This document shows positions 1 to 13,400 of a stretch of DNA of 64,000 nucleotides, piece after piece. Source of the stretch: Azolla caroliniana (lineage: Eukaryota > Plantae > Polypodiophyta). The notes under the pieces are model-generated. The model made no database searches. It saw nothing but the letters and a program-made list of their open reading frames with translations, and had not been told where the DNA came from. The stretch's first letter is position 1; every line of letters begins with the position of its first letter. The translations under genes and the position numbers were made by a program. Location: contig JBHGNT010000002.1 of assembly GCA_043228905.1 (NCBI GenBank), positions 22,568,001 through 22,632,000 of the forward strand, written 5' to 3'.

Positions 1-575
1 AAAGACTTTCTCCGAGCTGCTTCGGTCAGGATTGCGCTCGTGACTTCGGAGTATTTAACAGCCGTGGTTGACGCGTTGCACACGGTTGTGACGAAAGTTT
101 CCCATGATGAGGGAAGGCTGCTCATGAGTATCATTGCTCTGAGCTCATCCTCGATTGCCGTCCCCTGTGACGAGATTTGGGAGCTTATGCTTTCGTACTC
201 ATTGAGGTGTGCTTGAACCGAATCGGATTCTTTCATCCGCAAGTTGTAGAGGCGCCGGATCAGAAACATCTTCGTTGCGGCGACCTTCTTTTCGTAAGTG
301 TCCGACAGTGTTTTCCACAGTTCGAATGCTGTCGTACACGATTGCACCGTAAAATATACCGATTCCGATAGGTGCATCCGAATCGTGGCGCGGACGATTC
401 TGTCCAGCTTCTGCCACTCGATTGGTTTGTATCCTTCTGGAGGTTCTTCATTTTCGATGGGATCGATTTGCCCCTTGACTATGAGATAGTCCTGCATTTG
501 CTCCTTCCAGAAGTTGAAGTTCGATCCATCGAACTTTCGTAGACTCATCTCTGACGAGCCGGATGTTGATGCCAT
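1..575 (-). CDS. Copia Gag N-terminus (open frame continuing beyond window edge; absent from ORF track)
   Basis: Manual translation from ATG 575: MASTSGSSEMSLRKFDGSNFNFWKEQMQDYL...LWKTLSDTYEKK...LYNLRM...LMSSLPSSWETFV, typical Copia gag (UBN2-type) motifs with no stop. Confidence 0.9.
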   Translation of the reverse strand, partial: MASTSGSSEMSLRKFDGSNFNFWKEQMQDYLIVKGQIDPIENEEPPEGYKPIEWQKLDRIVRATIRMHLSESVYFTVQSCTTAFELWKTLSDTYEKKVAATKMFLIRRLYNLRMKESDSVQAHLNEYESISSQISSQGTAIEDELRAMILMSSLPSSWETFVTTVCNASTTAVKYSEVTSAILTEAARRKS

Positions 576-1530
576 CAAATTCGGTTTCGGTTGACGAAGC
601 TCGGTTCGGAGTCGACTACGAACCTTGTTGGAGTGCAGCCGGTTGGCTCACCCGATATCGTTCTAGTCGGATTTGAACCCGAGTAGGTTCGGCTTCGGAA
701 CTTGCTCGAATTGACTTCGGTAGCTTGAGGGACAGAACCGACTGGTCTTCCCGAATGTTACCGAGTCGGAGTGAGTCCGGTTCACTTCGGATATATATGC
801 CGAATACCGATTATTAAAACCGATTATCTGGACCGATTCTGCTTCGGGTGGCTGCAGCGACGAGAGAGATGGATCCAACTGATCCTCTCGAATGTCGAAC
901 AGCCGGATGAAGCACGAATTGGGGTTGTTGTCTTGAGACCGATCTGCACCGAGTGGTTACAACGAGCGGCGATTGATGACCTCTTCGGATGCCGTTTAAC
1001 CGAATGGAGCACGATCGTGTCAATGTTGCACAAGGGGATTTCACCTCGAGCGGTTACGATCACGGAGGACAGAGTACAACCTGCTGGCTTACTCCAAGCA
1101 AAGATGATCTAACGCAATGAGATGCAAACCTGGTTTTTCTTCTTCTTCTCTCTTCTTCGAGTGACGCAGGAAACCGAATGCTGAGACGACGGCCGACAGC
1201 GGATTGAAGGACCGACTACTGTGCAGGCTCTGATACCAGATGTTGGAGACAATGTCGTCTGTTGCGGAAGATCAAGAAGCATTCGATTCCTTCCTGTATA
1301 CCTGCGTATGATAGATTGTATGTCGTTGCAGAGAGAGAGAGAGAGAGGGAGAGAGAGGCACAAAAGAACTTCTTATTTCATAAAGCAATAATACAACATC
1401 CAACATCACAAAGAGGTTACAAGGTCACTATATATAGTGACCGACTTAGGGCAACTACCCTTTATGCTAATTACATAAATGGCCAAAACGGGATAGTGTG
1501 AATACGTCCATTATACACATGTATTCGACA
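1..1530 (-). mobile_element. Ty1/Copia LTR retrotransposon, 5' part (5' LTR ~1241-1530, PBS 1227-1238, gag start), inserted into chromovirus gag; runs off window
   Basis: Minus strand TGGTATCAGAGC (tRNA-iMet PBS) lies 2 nt after an LTR ending ...CTCCAACA. The LTR appears to start TGTCGAATAC at 1530, where the Gypsy gag frame is cut. The second LTR is outside the window, so the outer boundary is unconfirmed. Confidence 0.85.
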
Positions 1531-2429
1531 GCGACTATTGAAGAGTATGCTTGTTCTGGTTGGTGGCGTAACATTTGTTGGCGTTCAGAACGTCGCTCAA
1601 ATAGGCGATTATCACATCGCACAACTCGACTTATTGCCTCTGTAAGAGACTTCTGATCGTCGTGGAAAGTAAGAAGAAGATTTTTGACAACCTTACGCAA
1701 TAATTGATCCATTAAGGTTGCCGCATCCCAAGGGATGCTGCATGCCAAGAGACGAAAATCTGCTACGTAAGCTGAAGCGGGGCAATCTCCTTGTCGGAGT
1801 CTTCGAATCTTGTTTGTTGCCGTCCTAGTGCTATCGGTGTCTCCAAAACTAGCTTGAAAATCCTTAATGAATGCCTCAAAATCCTCCAACAACAGTGATT
1901 TCTTCTTGAGAAGTGGTGCAAACCATGCTAATGTTGTACCGCTTAGCAAGGTTCCTACTAATCCCACACGAGCAATGTCAGTTGGGTACCGATTGGGATG
2001 TAACTAAATCACCAAACAGACTTGATTTAGGAAACCTCGAAACAAAGAGCTTGTACCATTAAACTTGGCAGGGAGGCTAATCTTTGGGTCTCTTGGGGAG
2101 TTTTGAGCTCTCGTCGCTTGTTCTCGTAACTCTAATATAGTAGCCTCGAGTTGATGAACCCGTTGTGATAAGTTATAATTCCTTATATTGGTGAGCTTTC
2201 TCGGTACTCACGTGTTGTAGATTCCCGAGTAACATTTGATTTTCTTTCTCTAATGCCACATACTTAGTTGTGAGCATGTCGAGCTCAGAAAGGATAAGCA
2301 TACATTCTTGCTTGCTGACGAACTCCATAACTAAGAGGGAAAAAGGAAAGAAGTAAAAAGACGAAAGCTATGTAGGGTTATTGGAAGAGGAAAAAGAAAT
2401 ATTCGGTTCAAATTGTCGTGACTCGTGAG

Positions 2430-2465
<36 letters not shown>

Positions 2466-2741
2466 CAGGAAATGGAAATGATATTATATTATGAGAAAAC
2501 AAGGTTACAAAAAGTAGGCTTAAGGGCTAAATACTCGTGTTGAACTGAATGAGTTGTGATGAATGTATAGACACCTATTTATAGATCCTTATGGAGTATT
2601 CTAAAATGTTCTAGAATATTTTAGATATTTATGATAATAAATATAATCATGAAATATTCAAGAATGTTCTAGAATAGTCCAAAGATCTTGTAATCACTAA
2701 AAATATAATTATTATAACTACACATCATATATGTTATTACA
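1531..2741 (-). mobile_element. Ty3/Gypsy chromovirus (Tcn1/Tf1-sushi-like) 5' fragment: LTR 2414-2741 plus degenerate gag ~1531-2277
   Basis: Gag reads PKISLPAKFNG...GLVGTLLSGTTLAWFAPLL...IRRLRQGDCPASAYVADFRLLA. The LTR reads TGTAATAAC...CACGACA on minus, with TATA at 2576-2583. There is no tRNA-type PBS. Confidence 0.8.
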
Positions 2742-5250
2742 ATGGTTAAAGGTTCAACACATAGGCCAAGAAGTTGTGGGTTCGACTCTTAATAAGCCAA
2801 AATGTATGTCTTCATGTCAACTCGTCTCTCCCGATGTTGTATTTCGGCATCTTCTTCTTCCCCTTCTCTTTGCACATTGAACCGTTTCCTCGGCTCCTTG
2901 CGCAGGGAGAGAATGACTGAGTCTCTACTACTCGCCGACTCTTTGTTTGATTGGTCGTTTTGACTCAGTCGCTTATTTGGCCCGCTCAGATGAAATGAGA
3001 TCGGTCTCTCGTCTAGAATACCAAAGTCTTCTTCTTCTTCTTCTGCCTGGATCGTTTCCGGCTCATTGGATTCATCTTCCGGAATCGGGGGTCGGAATCA
3101 ATAGAGAGTACCAGGATGCGGATTCATCAAACTCGACATCTCGGATTACTCAGACTGTCTTTGTTCGAGGGTTGTGGCACTTATACCCTTTCTACTCATG
3201 AGTGTAGCCGACTAGTATGCACTTCTCTGACTTCAGATCCCGCTTTCTCCGCTTCTTATCTGGTACATGCACATAGGCTATGCTACCGAATACCTTAAGG
3301 TGCCTTAAAATTTGGTTTTTGCCTGAAATATAGCTTGTGTGCTGACACCTTATCCCTGATCCGGTTTTGGATGTAGACGGCCGTCTGGACCGCCTCAACC
3401 TAGTTGAACTTGGGCATGCTCTTCTCCTCTAGCATTGCCCTTCGGTTCTTCCTTTCGGCCACACCGTTTTGTTCCGGTGTGTATCTACAACTAAATTCTC
3501 TCTGAATTCCCTTTTGTTACAGATAATTGTTGAATTGGCCAGGAAAATATTATTTTCCACCATTTTACCGTAGACACTTGATCTTCCTTTCCGTTTCCAT
3601 TTCAACTAAGGTCTGTAGTTTTCGGAAACATTCGAAAACTTCACTTTTCCTCTTAATAAGATAGATCCATGTGTGCCTACTGAAGTCGTTGATGAAGGAG
3701 ATGAAATATTGACTCCTGCCAAGACTAACGTTCTGTGTCGGTCCCCATACTTATGAATCTATCAAGTTGAGCTTGTTATGGCTCCGGTTTCTTTCGGTGG
3801 GGAATGGAAGCCAATGTTGCTTCTCGAGTTAGCAAGCTTCACAAATTTGAGCCTTCCGGCCACTAAGTTTCAGCAATCTGAAAACAACTTGTTTCGATTG
3901 TAGGTCTTGAAGCCTCTGATAGTTGACGTGGCTGATCCGCTTGTGCCAGAGATCGATGTCCGATTCGATTTTTTTCCTTTGGCAAACAAGGCGGTGCCGA
4001 CTTCATTAGTGTCGGGGATGAACATCCTCCCATCCCAGTGCGATAATATGGTCCTCTTCCTCGATGAAGCACCTGAGGTGCGTAAATCGCACTTGCATCC
4101 CCTAGTTGCCGATCTGTCCGACCGACACCAGGTTCTTTGTTATTGTCGAGACGTGCAACACGTTCATGAGCTTCCCTCTCTGTTTGACATGGCTTCTCGA
4201 TCGGGTGAGGAGTGTCGTCTCCGGTTTCGACAACTCCCAGTTGTTCCGGTTTTTCCAGATACGAGAAGCACTCTTCGTGGCTCGTCATATGGTTGGATGT
4301 TCCGTAATCAATGTACCACACTTCCTTTGATTCGGAAGTAGTCTTCTTCACCATGTTTGCCTTGTGCTTCATCACGAAACCTGGCCCTTTTCCGGTCTCA
4401 CTGGTTCTGAACCCTTCTGATCCCTCTGCATAGTGCGAGCTTTGCCGGTTCCCTTATACGGCCTTACCGGATCTGGATTTATCCAGATCGGTGCGCTTCT
4501 GCCATCACTTGCTTTTCCAGTGGTCCTTCTTGCCACAATACCAACATTTCGTGTCGGCTTTTGATTGCCAGTTTCCAGCACCGCTTTGACTACCCTTGCT
4601 TTTGGAGGGTCCAGAACTGTTGTCGGCCGATGCTATTGCGTGTCGACTCACCTCGTCCTCCACGCCCACGGGGCCGATCCGCCTCCATGTACAACATCTG
4701 GTTGAGTGGTCCTCAACCCACTTGTGTGGTTTTATTTTGTTGTCCATAGGCCATAAATATAAATTAGTTAAACGTAATACGCTGGTTGGTAAGGCGAGTA
4801 GGTAAGGAAGGTAGAGTTAGGAAAACGCCGAGTTTCGAGCCTCACAGTCAGCCGACCACTCGGCTCTGTATGAAGAAAAAATATATAAACCGAGGTCTGC
4901 GTACCTCGGCAAGGGGAGAGATACCTAGATCAATCTGAGCGAGAGTAATATCATAGGAGCAAGCTCTGTACGTACTGTTTCCGGCTGAGGCCGAGTACTG
5001 TAATCACTGTAAGCTTTATCATGTGTTGGGAATAAAGGGCCATCGTGCCTTTTATTAGTGCACGAGTGTGAACGCACTTGTAGCCCACTTTTGAGTTGTA
5101 TATACATAATATCTAAAAACCAAAAAAAGAGGTACACTCTTTTGTACCCAAGATAACGTGCATCTCTCTCTCTCACTCAAACTCTCTCCCTCTCTGTTTT
5201 TGACCTAAACCCTAATCCTCGTGTTGCCTTCAAACTGGTATCAGAGCCAA

Positions 5251-5440
5251 GGTTTAGGGTTTTATGCAGAGAAAAGTTTAGGGTTTCTGCAGGTAGAGTT
5301 TAAGGTTTTCTGCAGAGCAGAGATTAGGGTTTTCTACAGAGCAGAGATTAGGGTTTTCTACAGAGCAGAGATTAGGGTTTTTCTGCAGAGCAGAGATTAG
5401 GGTTTTTGCAGAGTAGAGTTTAGGGCTTCTGCAAAGCAGG
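5251..5440 (+). repeat. ~8 tandem copies of a 23-25 bp unit (CAGAGCAGAGATTAGGGTTTTCTG/A) in the Copia C leader
   Basis: Directly visible; also seen as NPNLCSVE repeats in the antisense ORF 5278..5661. Confidence 0.9.
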
Positions 5441-5517
5441 TCACGTTTTCTGCAGTGTAGGTTTGGTCCTCCGTTTAGGCTAAAATCCTGACTAGCAGCA
5501 ATGAAAGTAGCCACCTT

Positions 5518-8500
5518 ATGCACATCAAGAAGCTTGAGGGTGCACATAACTTTGCGGTTTGGAAAAAGCAGTGCTACAACATCCTGCTGCAAAAGAAGCA
5601 TGCAAAGCCTATAAAAGTCAAAGGGGTAAAGCCTATAGATATGGACAAAGATGATTGGCAAGAGTTGAATGAGCTTGCACGCTCGACTATTGAGTTGTCG
5701 ATTTCTGATCTGCCTTGCTTTTTAATATCGAAGGTTTGGACTCCGCCTATTCTATATGGATTAGACTAGAGGAACCGTATACCCAAAAGATGGCAGCTAG
5801 CAAAGTTTATTGGCTTAAGAAACTTATGGATTTGCATATGACAGAGGGCACACCCATGTCAACTCACCTGAGTGAGTTCAATTCCATTTTCAGCCAGTTG
5901 ATTGCCTTGAAATTCATCATTGATGCACCTTGCCAGAAAGTTGGGATAATTTCAGGACTGTTATGAGCAATTCAAATGCGATGCTTCTTTATGCCGATGT
6001 AGAGAGTTCTCTACTCATGGAAGAGATGCGTCGGCAAAATAATGCATCCAATAAGTCCTCTAGTGCGTTGCATATGAGGGGTAGGTCACAACAAAGAGAC
6101 AAATCTAATAGTTATGGCCGTAGTAAATCACGTGGTAAAGATGTAGAATGTCATCACTGTGGCAAAGGGGTCACTTTAAACATGATTGTTTCAAATGGAA
6201 GAAAGAGAAAGGAAAGGGCAAGAAGATAGATGATTTCATAGAAGAAAAGAGAGACATTCAGCCGAGGAAAGGCAATACTAAAAGTGAAGAGGTGAATGTA
6301 GTCACTCATGATAGTGATAGTGGAAATGATGTACTCTTTGTTTCATCATGCCATAGAGAACATGCTTTACTTGCAGATACAAATGGTGACATGCACACTT
6401 GGATACTCGATTCCAGTGCTTCTTTTCACGTCACCCCTCATCGTGAGTGGTTTTCATATTACATAGGGGGTCGACATGGTGTTGTCCATCTTGGGGACAA
6501 CTATGCATGTGAAATTGCAGGTATTGGCACTGTGCAATTACAGTTTCAGCATGGTTTTGCTTTCACACTTCAGCATGTACGACATGTACCTCAGCTCAAG
6601 AAGAGCTTGATTAGCACAGGACAACTAGATGATGATGGATTTCACATAACCTTTGGTGATGGGAAATGGAAGATTTGTAAGGGATCTAGAGTTATTGCCA
6701 AGGGTAGTAAAAGTGATACTTTGTATCCTCTCCATGTATCTAGTGTGAGTGACCATGTTGTTGCCATAACCAAGCAGCCTAGTGTTTCTTTGTGGCATGG
6801 CCGGTTGGGACACATGAGTGAAACTGGTATGAAAGTACTTTCTCATTTGGGTTACTTGCCGTGTCTTTGTTATGCTGATTTTGAACATTGTGATCATTGC
6901 ATTTATGGTAAACATGTACAAACATCTCATAAAAAGTCTCTTTCGCTGAAGTCATCCCCGCTTGAGTTAGTACATTCAGATGTATGTCAGATGCTAGGGC
7001 TATCATTAGGGGGAAAGAAATACTTAGTCACTTTTGTCGATGATGCTACACGGAAGGTATGGGTTTACCCTATTCGTAGCAAGGATGAAGTGTTCGACAA
7101 GTTTCAAACATTTTTGGCATTAGTTGAGAATCAAATTGATAAGACAGTTAAGTGTCTTCGCTCTGACAATGGTGGGGAATATGTGTCCAAGGCTTTTCAA
7201 GCATTTTGTGACAACAAAAGGATAAAGAGGGAACTCACTGTCCCTTATAATCCACCCCAAAATGGAGTTGCAGAGCGTATGAATCAGACTATTCAAGTTA
7301 AGGTCTGTACTATGTTGTCTCATGCTGCGTTACCCCATGGTTTTTGGGCAGAGGCTGTTATGACAACTATTCACTTGATTAATCGGTCACCTAACAGGTC
7401 TTTGGGAGGGGGAATACCCCAAGAAGCGTGGTCGGGCAAGCCACCTTCATATGCTCACTTGAGAGTGTTTGGCCGTGAGGCTTTTGTGCACATTCGTAAA
7501 GAACAACGCAACAAACTTGAGCCAAAGTCCTACAAATGTATTTTCCTAGGATACGGTGACGAGGGTGAAATGGGGTATAGATTGTGGGATCCCGAAAAAA
7601 GAAAAATAGTATGCAACAATGATGTTATCTTCTGGGAAAATCGCATGCATAAACAAACCGAAAAGACTGAGGAAGTACGTAGGGTTGTATTCCGAGAAGA
7701 AATACCTTTTAGACAAGAAAATGTGCCCGTTGTACAGCAACAAAACCTGCTGTAAAATTACCTGCAAATGCAGAAACTGAGGTTGGAAATGATCATCCAG
7801 TCTTTGCCAATAATGATGAGCCACGAAATGTGCGGGAACAACTAGAACAACAAGCTGTGAATGCTGATTTGCAGGCTGAAATGCCTGGACTGCAAATTGA
7901 AAATGCTGATTTGCAGGCTGAAATGCCTGGACTGCAAATTGAAAATGATGATTTGCAGGCTCAACATCTACCAAACAATGAGCATTGGGTTAGGAGTTTG
8001 TCTAGAGTTACTAGATAGCCTGACAGATTTGTTCCTGATGCAAACAATGTGGCTAATTATGTCATGGTAACTGATTGTGACGAACCGACTTGCTTCAAGG
8101 AAGCAATGGACAGACAGGACAATAAGAAATGGTATGAAGCCATGTTGTCAGAGATTGAATCTCTTGAGAAAAATGATACTTGGGATTTGGTGCAATTGCC
8201 TAAAGGGCAGAAAACACTTCCATGCAAATGGGTTTATAAAATGAAGGTCATTTCTGATTCCTCGCCAAAGTACAAAGCAAGATTGGTTGCAAAAGGATAC
8301 AAGCAGGAATATGGAGTTGATTTTGATGAGATCTTCTCGCCTGTAGTCAAGATGACTACATTAAGAATCATTTTGGGCTTAGTTGCAACTGAAGATATGG
8401 AGCTCATACAGATGGATGTAAACACCGCCTTTTTACATGGCGATATATGCAGCAGCCTGAAGGTTTTGTCACTAAAGGCAAAGAGAGGATGGTTTGTAAG

Positions 8501-9613
8501 CTCAAAAGGAGTTTGTATGGGTTGAAACAAGCACCAAGAGAATGGTATCATAAATTTGATGCATTTATGCAGTCTCAAGGTTTTCGTAGAAGTCAAGTGG
8601 ACCATTGCTTGTACACCAAGAAGGCAGGAGATGGCAACTTGATTATCTTGGTTTTGTATGTTGATGATATGTTGATTGCTGGCAAGGATGTTCATGCCTT
8701 GAATTCATTGAAGCAAAGCCTTCATGGCAGCTTTGATATGAAGGATCTTGGTGATGCAAATCACATCCTTGGCATGCGAATACTCCGAAACCGATCGAAA
8801 GGGGTACTCTTTCTATCTCAGTAGGAGTATATCTCTAAGGTTTTGCAGCGTTTCAATATGGAGGGGGGGAAAACAATTGGGGTTCTATTGCCTCCATATT
8901 TGAAACTCAATGCAGAAGACAGCCCTACATCTGATGATGAGAAGGCTGAAATGGCTAAGGTTCCATATGCTTCTGCCATTGGCAGTTTGATATATGCGAT
9001 GGTTGCTACACGCCCTGATATTGCCTTTGCAGTGGGAGTGGTTAGTAGGTATATGGCAAATCCCGGCAAAAAGCATTGGGAAGTGGTGAAAGGTATTATG
9101 AGATACCTCAAAGGCACAAAGGACTTGTGTATTTGCTTTGGAAAGCAAAAGGCATCTGTCATTGGTTTTACGGATGTGGACTATGTTGGTCACACATACT
9201 ACAAGAAGTCTACTTTTGGGTATGTGTTTACTTTCACAGGAGGAGCGGTCTCTTGGATCTCTAGACTACAGAAGTGTGTTGCATTGTCTACTACAGAGGC
9301 AGAGTATGTTGCTGCCACTGAGGCATGCAAAGAGGCTTTATGGCTTTCATATCTAGTGAGAGATCTTGGCATTACAGAGTTACCTATTCTTCATTGTGAC
9401 AACCAGAGTGCTATCATGCTAGCTCGAAATCCCGTCTTTCATGCAAAGACGAAGTACATAGAGGTGAAGTATCACTTCATCAGAGATGTACTTGACAACA
9501 AGAACATTGAGCTTGTCAAAGTACATACAAATAATAATCCTGCAGATCTTCTCATGAAGGGTCTTCCAGCTGAGCGATTTGCTCATTGCCGACAGATGAT
9601 GGGAGTTGGATAG
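5518..9613 (+). pseudogene. Copia C gag-pol polyprotein, disrupted
   Basis: Gag CHHCGK, protease WILDSSASFH, integrase (HSDVC, RSDNGGEY, NGVAERMN), RT (KARLVAKG, LYVDDML) and RNase H (CDNQSA, NPADLLMK), spread over several frames with stops. Confidence 0.92.
7860..7960 (+). repeat. 42-bp tandem repeat (~2.4 copies; NADLQAEMPGLQIE) in the IN-RT linker of Copia C
   Basis: AATGCTGATTTGCAGGCTGAAATGCCTGGACTGCAAATTGAA is repeated. Confidence 0.85.
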
Positions 9614-10419
9614 ATGTATGTATGTAGTTCAGCTTTGTACATACTTGGACTTAGCTGACTTTTTTTTGTTTTTTTTTCTCACGGCACATTGCCTTTAGGT
9701 GGGAGTTAGTTGGGAATAAAGGGCCATCGTGCACACTTTTGAGTTGTATATACATAATATCTAAAAACCAAAAAAAGAGGTACACTCTTTTGTACCCAAG
9801 ACAACGTGCATCTCTCTCTCTCACTTAGACTCTCTCCCTCTCTGTTTTTGACCTAAACCCTAATCCTCGTGCTGCCTTCAAACATGGAATATAAGTTTCG
9901 TCTTTTCTAAACTCCTATCTGTGTATTCTCTCTGTACTCGTAATTCGGGCTACGTTCATACTTAACGAGTTGTAGCCTGTGTATGATCCTTGTTCTCTTT
10001 TTTTTCCTATGTAGAAGAAGCTTCCACATAACACGGTGCCTTGACACCGATAGCCTGTGGGCTCATCAAAGGTGTTTTCCAAAGGAACGGATAACACAAT
10101 TTGGCACGCTCGGTTATAGCTGTGAGATCACAGCGAACTACGTTGAAGGCAACCTTCAGCTGCCATTACGGCGCCCAATCGCACCAAGCGGTCTCGGCCA
10201 TCTGGCCGACGCCCTGAGCCAATCGAAGGAACTTCCGACTCGGCGGTCGCGGACCAGTCTTTCCAAGAAATATCGGAGGCTCACCGGTTGCAATCCTCGC
10301 CACCGGCTACTCGGTCGCGAGTTGATTCCATACCAACCTCTCCACCAAGCCCTCTAGAGGTCACCCACCCTGACCTTAACCCTTTTCCGGTTTTACTGGA
10401 AGATCCCAAATTCGATACC

Positions 10420-13400
10420 ATGTCGTATCCTTACTCACGATACACCAACCGCCCCGACGCAGAGTCGCACATCCGTGCCTTCGTGTCCACTTGGCAGGCC
10501 AACCACTCAGCACAACGACTCTCGCATGCCGAAATCGACGCAGAGTTTACGCTATCCCTCGATGGACCAACTGCGCGATGGTATTCTCGCCTCGATGCAG
10601 GGGAGTGTGTCACCTTCCATGACATTCGCACGCAGTTCGTAGAACTATTCCATCGCGAGGTACCCAAACAAAAATTGCTTCGACAATTCTTTTCCATGCG
10701 ACAAGAACCGCACGAGACAGTCGCACAGTTCACGATTCGGTTCTGGGATCTCTATAGACAAGTGGCCGACGATGTCTCTGCATAGCACATTTCGGACGCA
10801 TTCTTGTCTAGCTTACAGGAGCCTCTACGGACGACTCTCGCACTTACTAATTTTGCCAACCAAACGATCGAGCAAGTCATAGCGCGCGTCCTCGCCCTCG
10901 ATCGGACTCAGCAAAGCACGACTTTCTCTATGAGTTCACTACAAAGCGCCCTTCCCTAGGAGGACAATCGCTTCCGCCAAGCCCTCCAATGCACAGTTTG
11001 CTCGAGATCGGGCCATCTGGCCACAGTGTCCTCACCGGCCACAGTGTCCGATCTGCCAGTCCCGATCTCACATTGTTGAGCAATGTGAATACAATATGCT
11101 CAACCGCACAATGACGGCCCCGGTTCGCCAGATCGAACCTAGGGATACATACTCTCGTCAGGACGAGCGACAATCCTATCGGAACCAGGGTAACCAATGA
11201 CCCCAATCGCTGGATAGACGGCGCCGTGACGATGATTACCGTCGGGACAACGACCATTACCGAAATGACAACTGACGGAGATCGGACAACTGTCGTGATC
11301 GCTATCACGATGACCAGTATCAAACAAACGACGATTATGATTGGGATGACCGATACGATCAGAGAAATTCCCGTAATGATCGGCGCAACTCTCACCGAGG
11401 ATCGCGCAACAACAGAAGGAATAACGACAACCGTCGTCGGGACCCCCCGCAAAATGAACCACGTAGCTCGAACACGCCATGGACCAACCCACCAACACAC
11501 GAGGCCGAGAATCAACCACACCCCCCCCCACACACACAGATCGGGCTGGCACCAACAACTCGACCGTCATTACCTGCTTCAAGTGCAACCAACTCGGTCA
11601 CTACGCTACGCAATGCCCAACAACAGACCGCTGAAAGGCTCTTGTATTATGGCCGACATGCAAAAATGTCACAACACGCAATAAAGCCCAGGCCACCCCA
11701 TGGCACGTATAGGATGAAGTTCGGCAAGCAACCAAAGAATGGATTGATACGGCCAACAAAAACAATGTGGTGCGTATGCAAACAGAAATGGGAGATGCGA
11801 CCATCGGAGCAGCACAGTCCTCCTCACCATCCATGTTGACAGAAGATGACCAGTTGTGGGACGCCCTTACCAGTTCCAGGATCTCCTTGCCTCTACATAA
11901 ACTCTTACCACTCATGCCGTGTTTTCGGGACACCTTGCCTACACTCACGGCCAACACCCATTCCACCGCGCCACCTGTGCACCTGACCAAGCTAGGAACG
12001 GGTCCACCCCTCATGGATGCGCAGAATCCAGCCATAAAAATTATGATTAAAGGATAGGACCTGCACGGGTGCATAATCGATGGCGGTCTGTCGTGAATGT
12101 CATCAACGAGGCTACCTGTCATAAACTTGGCCTGAATCAATGGGAACCTTGCCCCTTTTGGCTTCGGATGGCTGACACACGATCGGTTCGCCCCATCGGA
12201 TTAATCCGCCACCTCGACTTTACTCTAGGAGGCCACATGTTCACTATCTCGGCCGTTGTATTACGACTCGAAGCATAAGGGGCTTACCCAATGTTACTGG
12301 GTAGACCATGGTTGCGCACATCAAATATCAAACAACATTGGCAGCGCAACATGATCTCGTTTCGCCAAGGAAAGACCAAGGTTCGGATCATAACTGAAGA
12401 ACGCGTAACCACGCCCCACAATACCTCGCCGTTATATGCGGAAGGGGTGCACATGCTCGATGGGTTAGCTGATGATGAGGTGGATGACTTCCTAGAAGAC
12501 CATCCCACTATCATACCTCTCTTCGAAATCGACGCCATGTCGGCCGTCGGCACACCTCTAGACGAGGAGGTCACGGAGAATACACCTCCCCAGAATGAGC
12601 CTTATCCAACCACCATCACAGAATTACGACACGCTCGGGACGCTTTTGAACATGAACTCGCCATCTCCCAACGGGTGAAGGCATCAATGCTCGAAACATT
12701 GAACCTCGGTTCGGACGAGAACCCTCGCACCCTACAGATTGCTAATAACTTACCAACCGACGAATGAGCAACCCCCTCAGACACTTACTCACCGATTACC
12801 AGGATGTATTCACATGGTCTTACACGGATATGAAGGATTTGGACCCTCAATACTACCAACACCAGATCCATCTTCTCCCTGACGCTCGGCCAATTCAGCA
12901 AAGACAATACTAGATGAACCCCAATTATGCAGCTAAGGTCTAGGAAGAAATAGACAAGCTCCTCTGAGTCGGGTTCAAACGACCTATAAAACGCGCCACA
13001 TGGTTAAGCCCAATCGTAGTCGTCCCCAAGAAAAATGGGAAAATCTGAGCCTGCGTCGACTACTGCAAGCTTAATGCTGCAACGGTCACGGATGGATTCC
13101 CGCTCCCATTCATGGATAACGTTCTCGACACAGTGGCAGGTCACGAATGCTACAACTTTCTAGACGGGTTCAATGGTTACAACCAAATCAGAGTGCACCC
13201 GGATGATCAGGAGAAAACAACATTTGTCACGGAATGGGGTGTTTTCGTGGCAGAATTAATGATGTTCAGTTTAAAAACGGCGCCGGCAACGTTCTAGCGC
13301 ACCATCACCGAAATTTTTAACGAGTATATCCCGGCGTTCATGCAAGTCTTTCTCGATGACTTCGCCATATATGGTCACCGATTGGAACACATGACCAAGT

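Larger units (their letters stand above)
5024..9882 (+). mobile_element. Ty1/Copia element C nested in the 5' LTR of Gypsy B
   Basis: LTRs 5024-5232 and 9708-9880, PBS TGGTATCAGAGC 5236-5247, PPT AGGTGGGAG ~9697-9705. The flanks rejoin to the uninterrupted Gypsy LTR sequence (GCTTTATCATGGAATATAA) seen at ~19602-19620. Confidence 0.95.

Noticed and set aside
10928-11684. Long antisense and alternate-frame ORFs (201, 149, 152 aa)
   Set aside because: By-products of the Arg/Asp/Asn-rich low-complexity part of Gypsy gag; no independent motifs.
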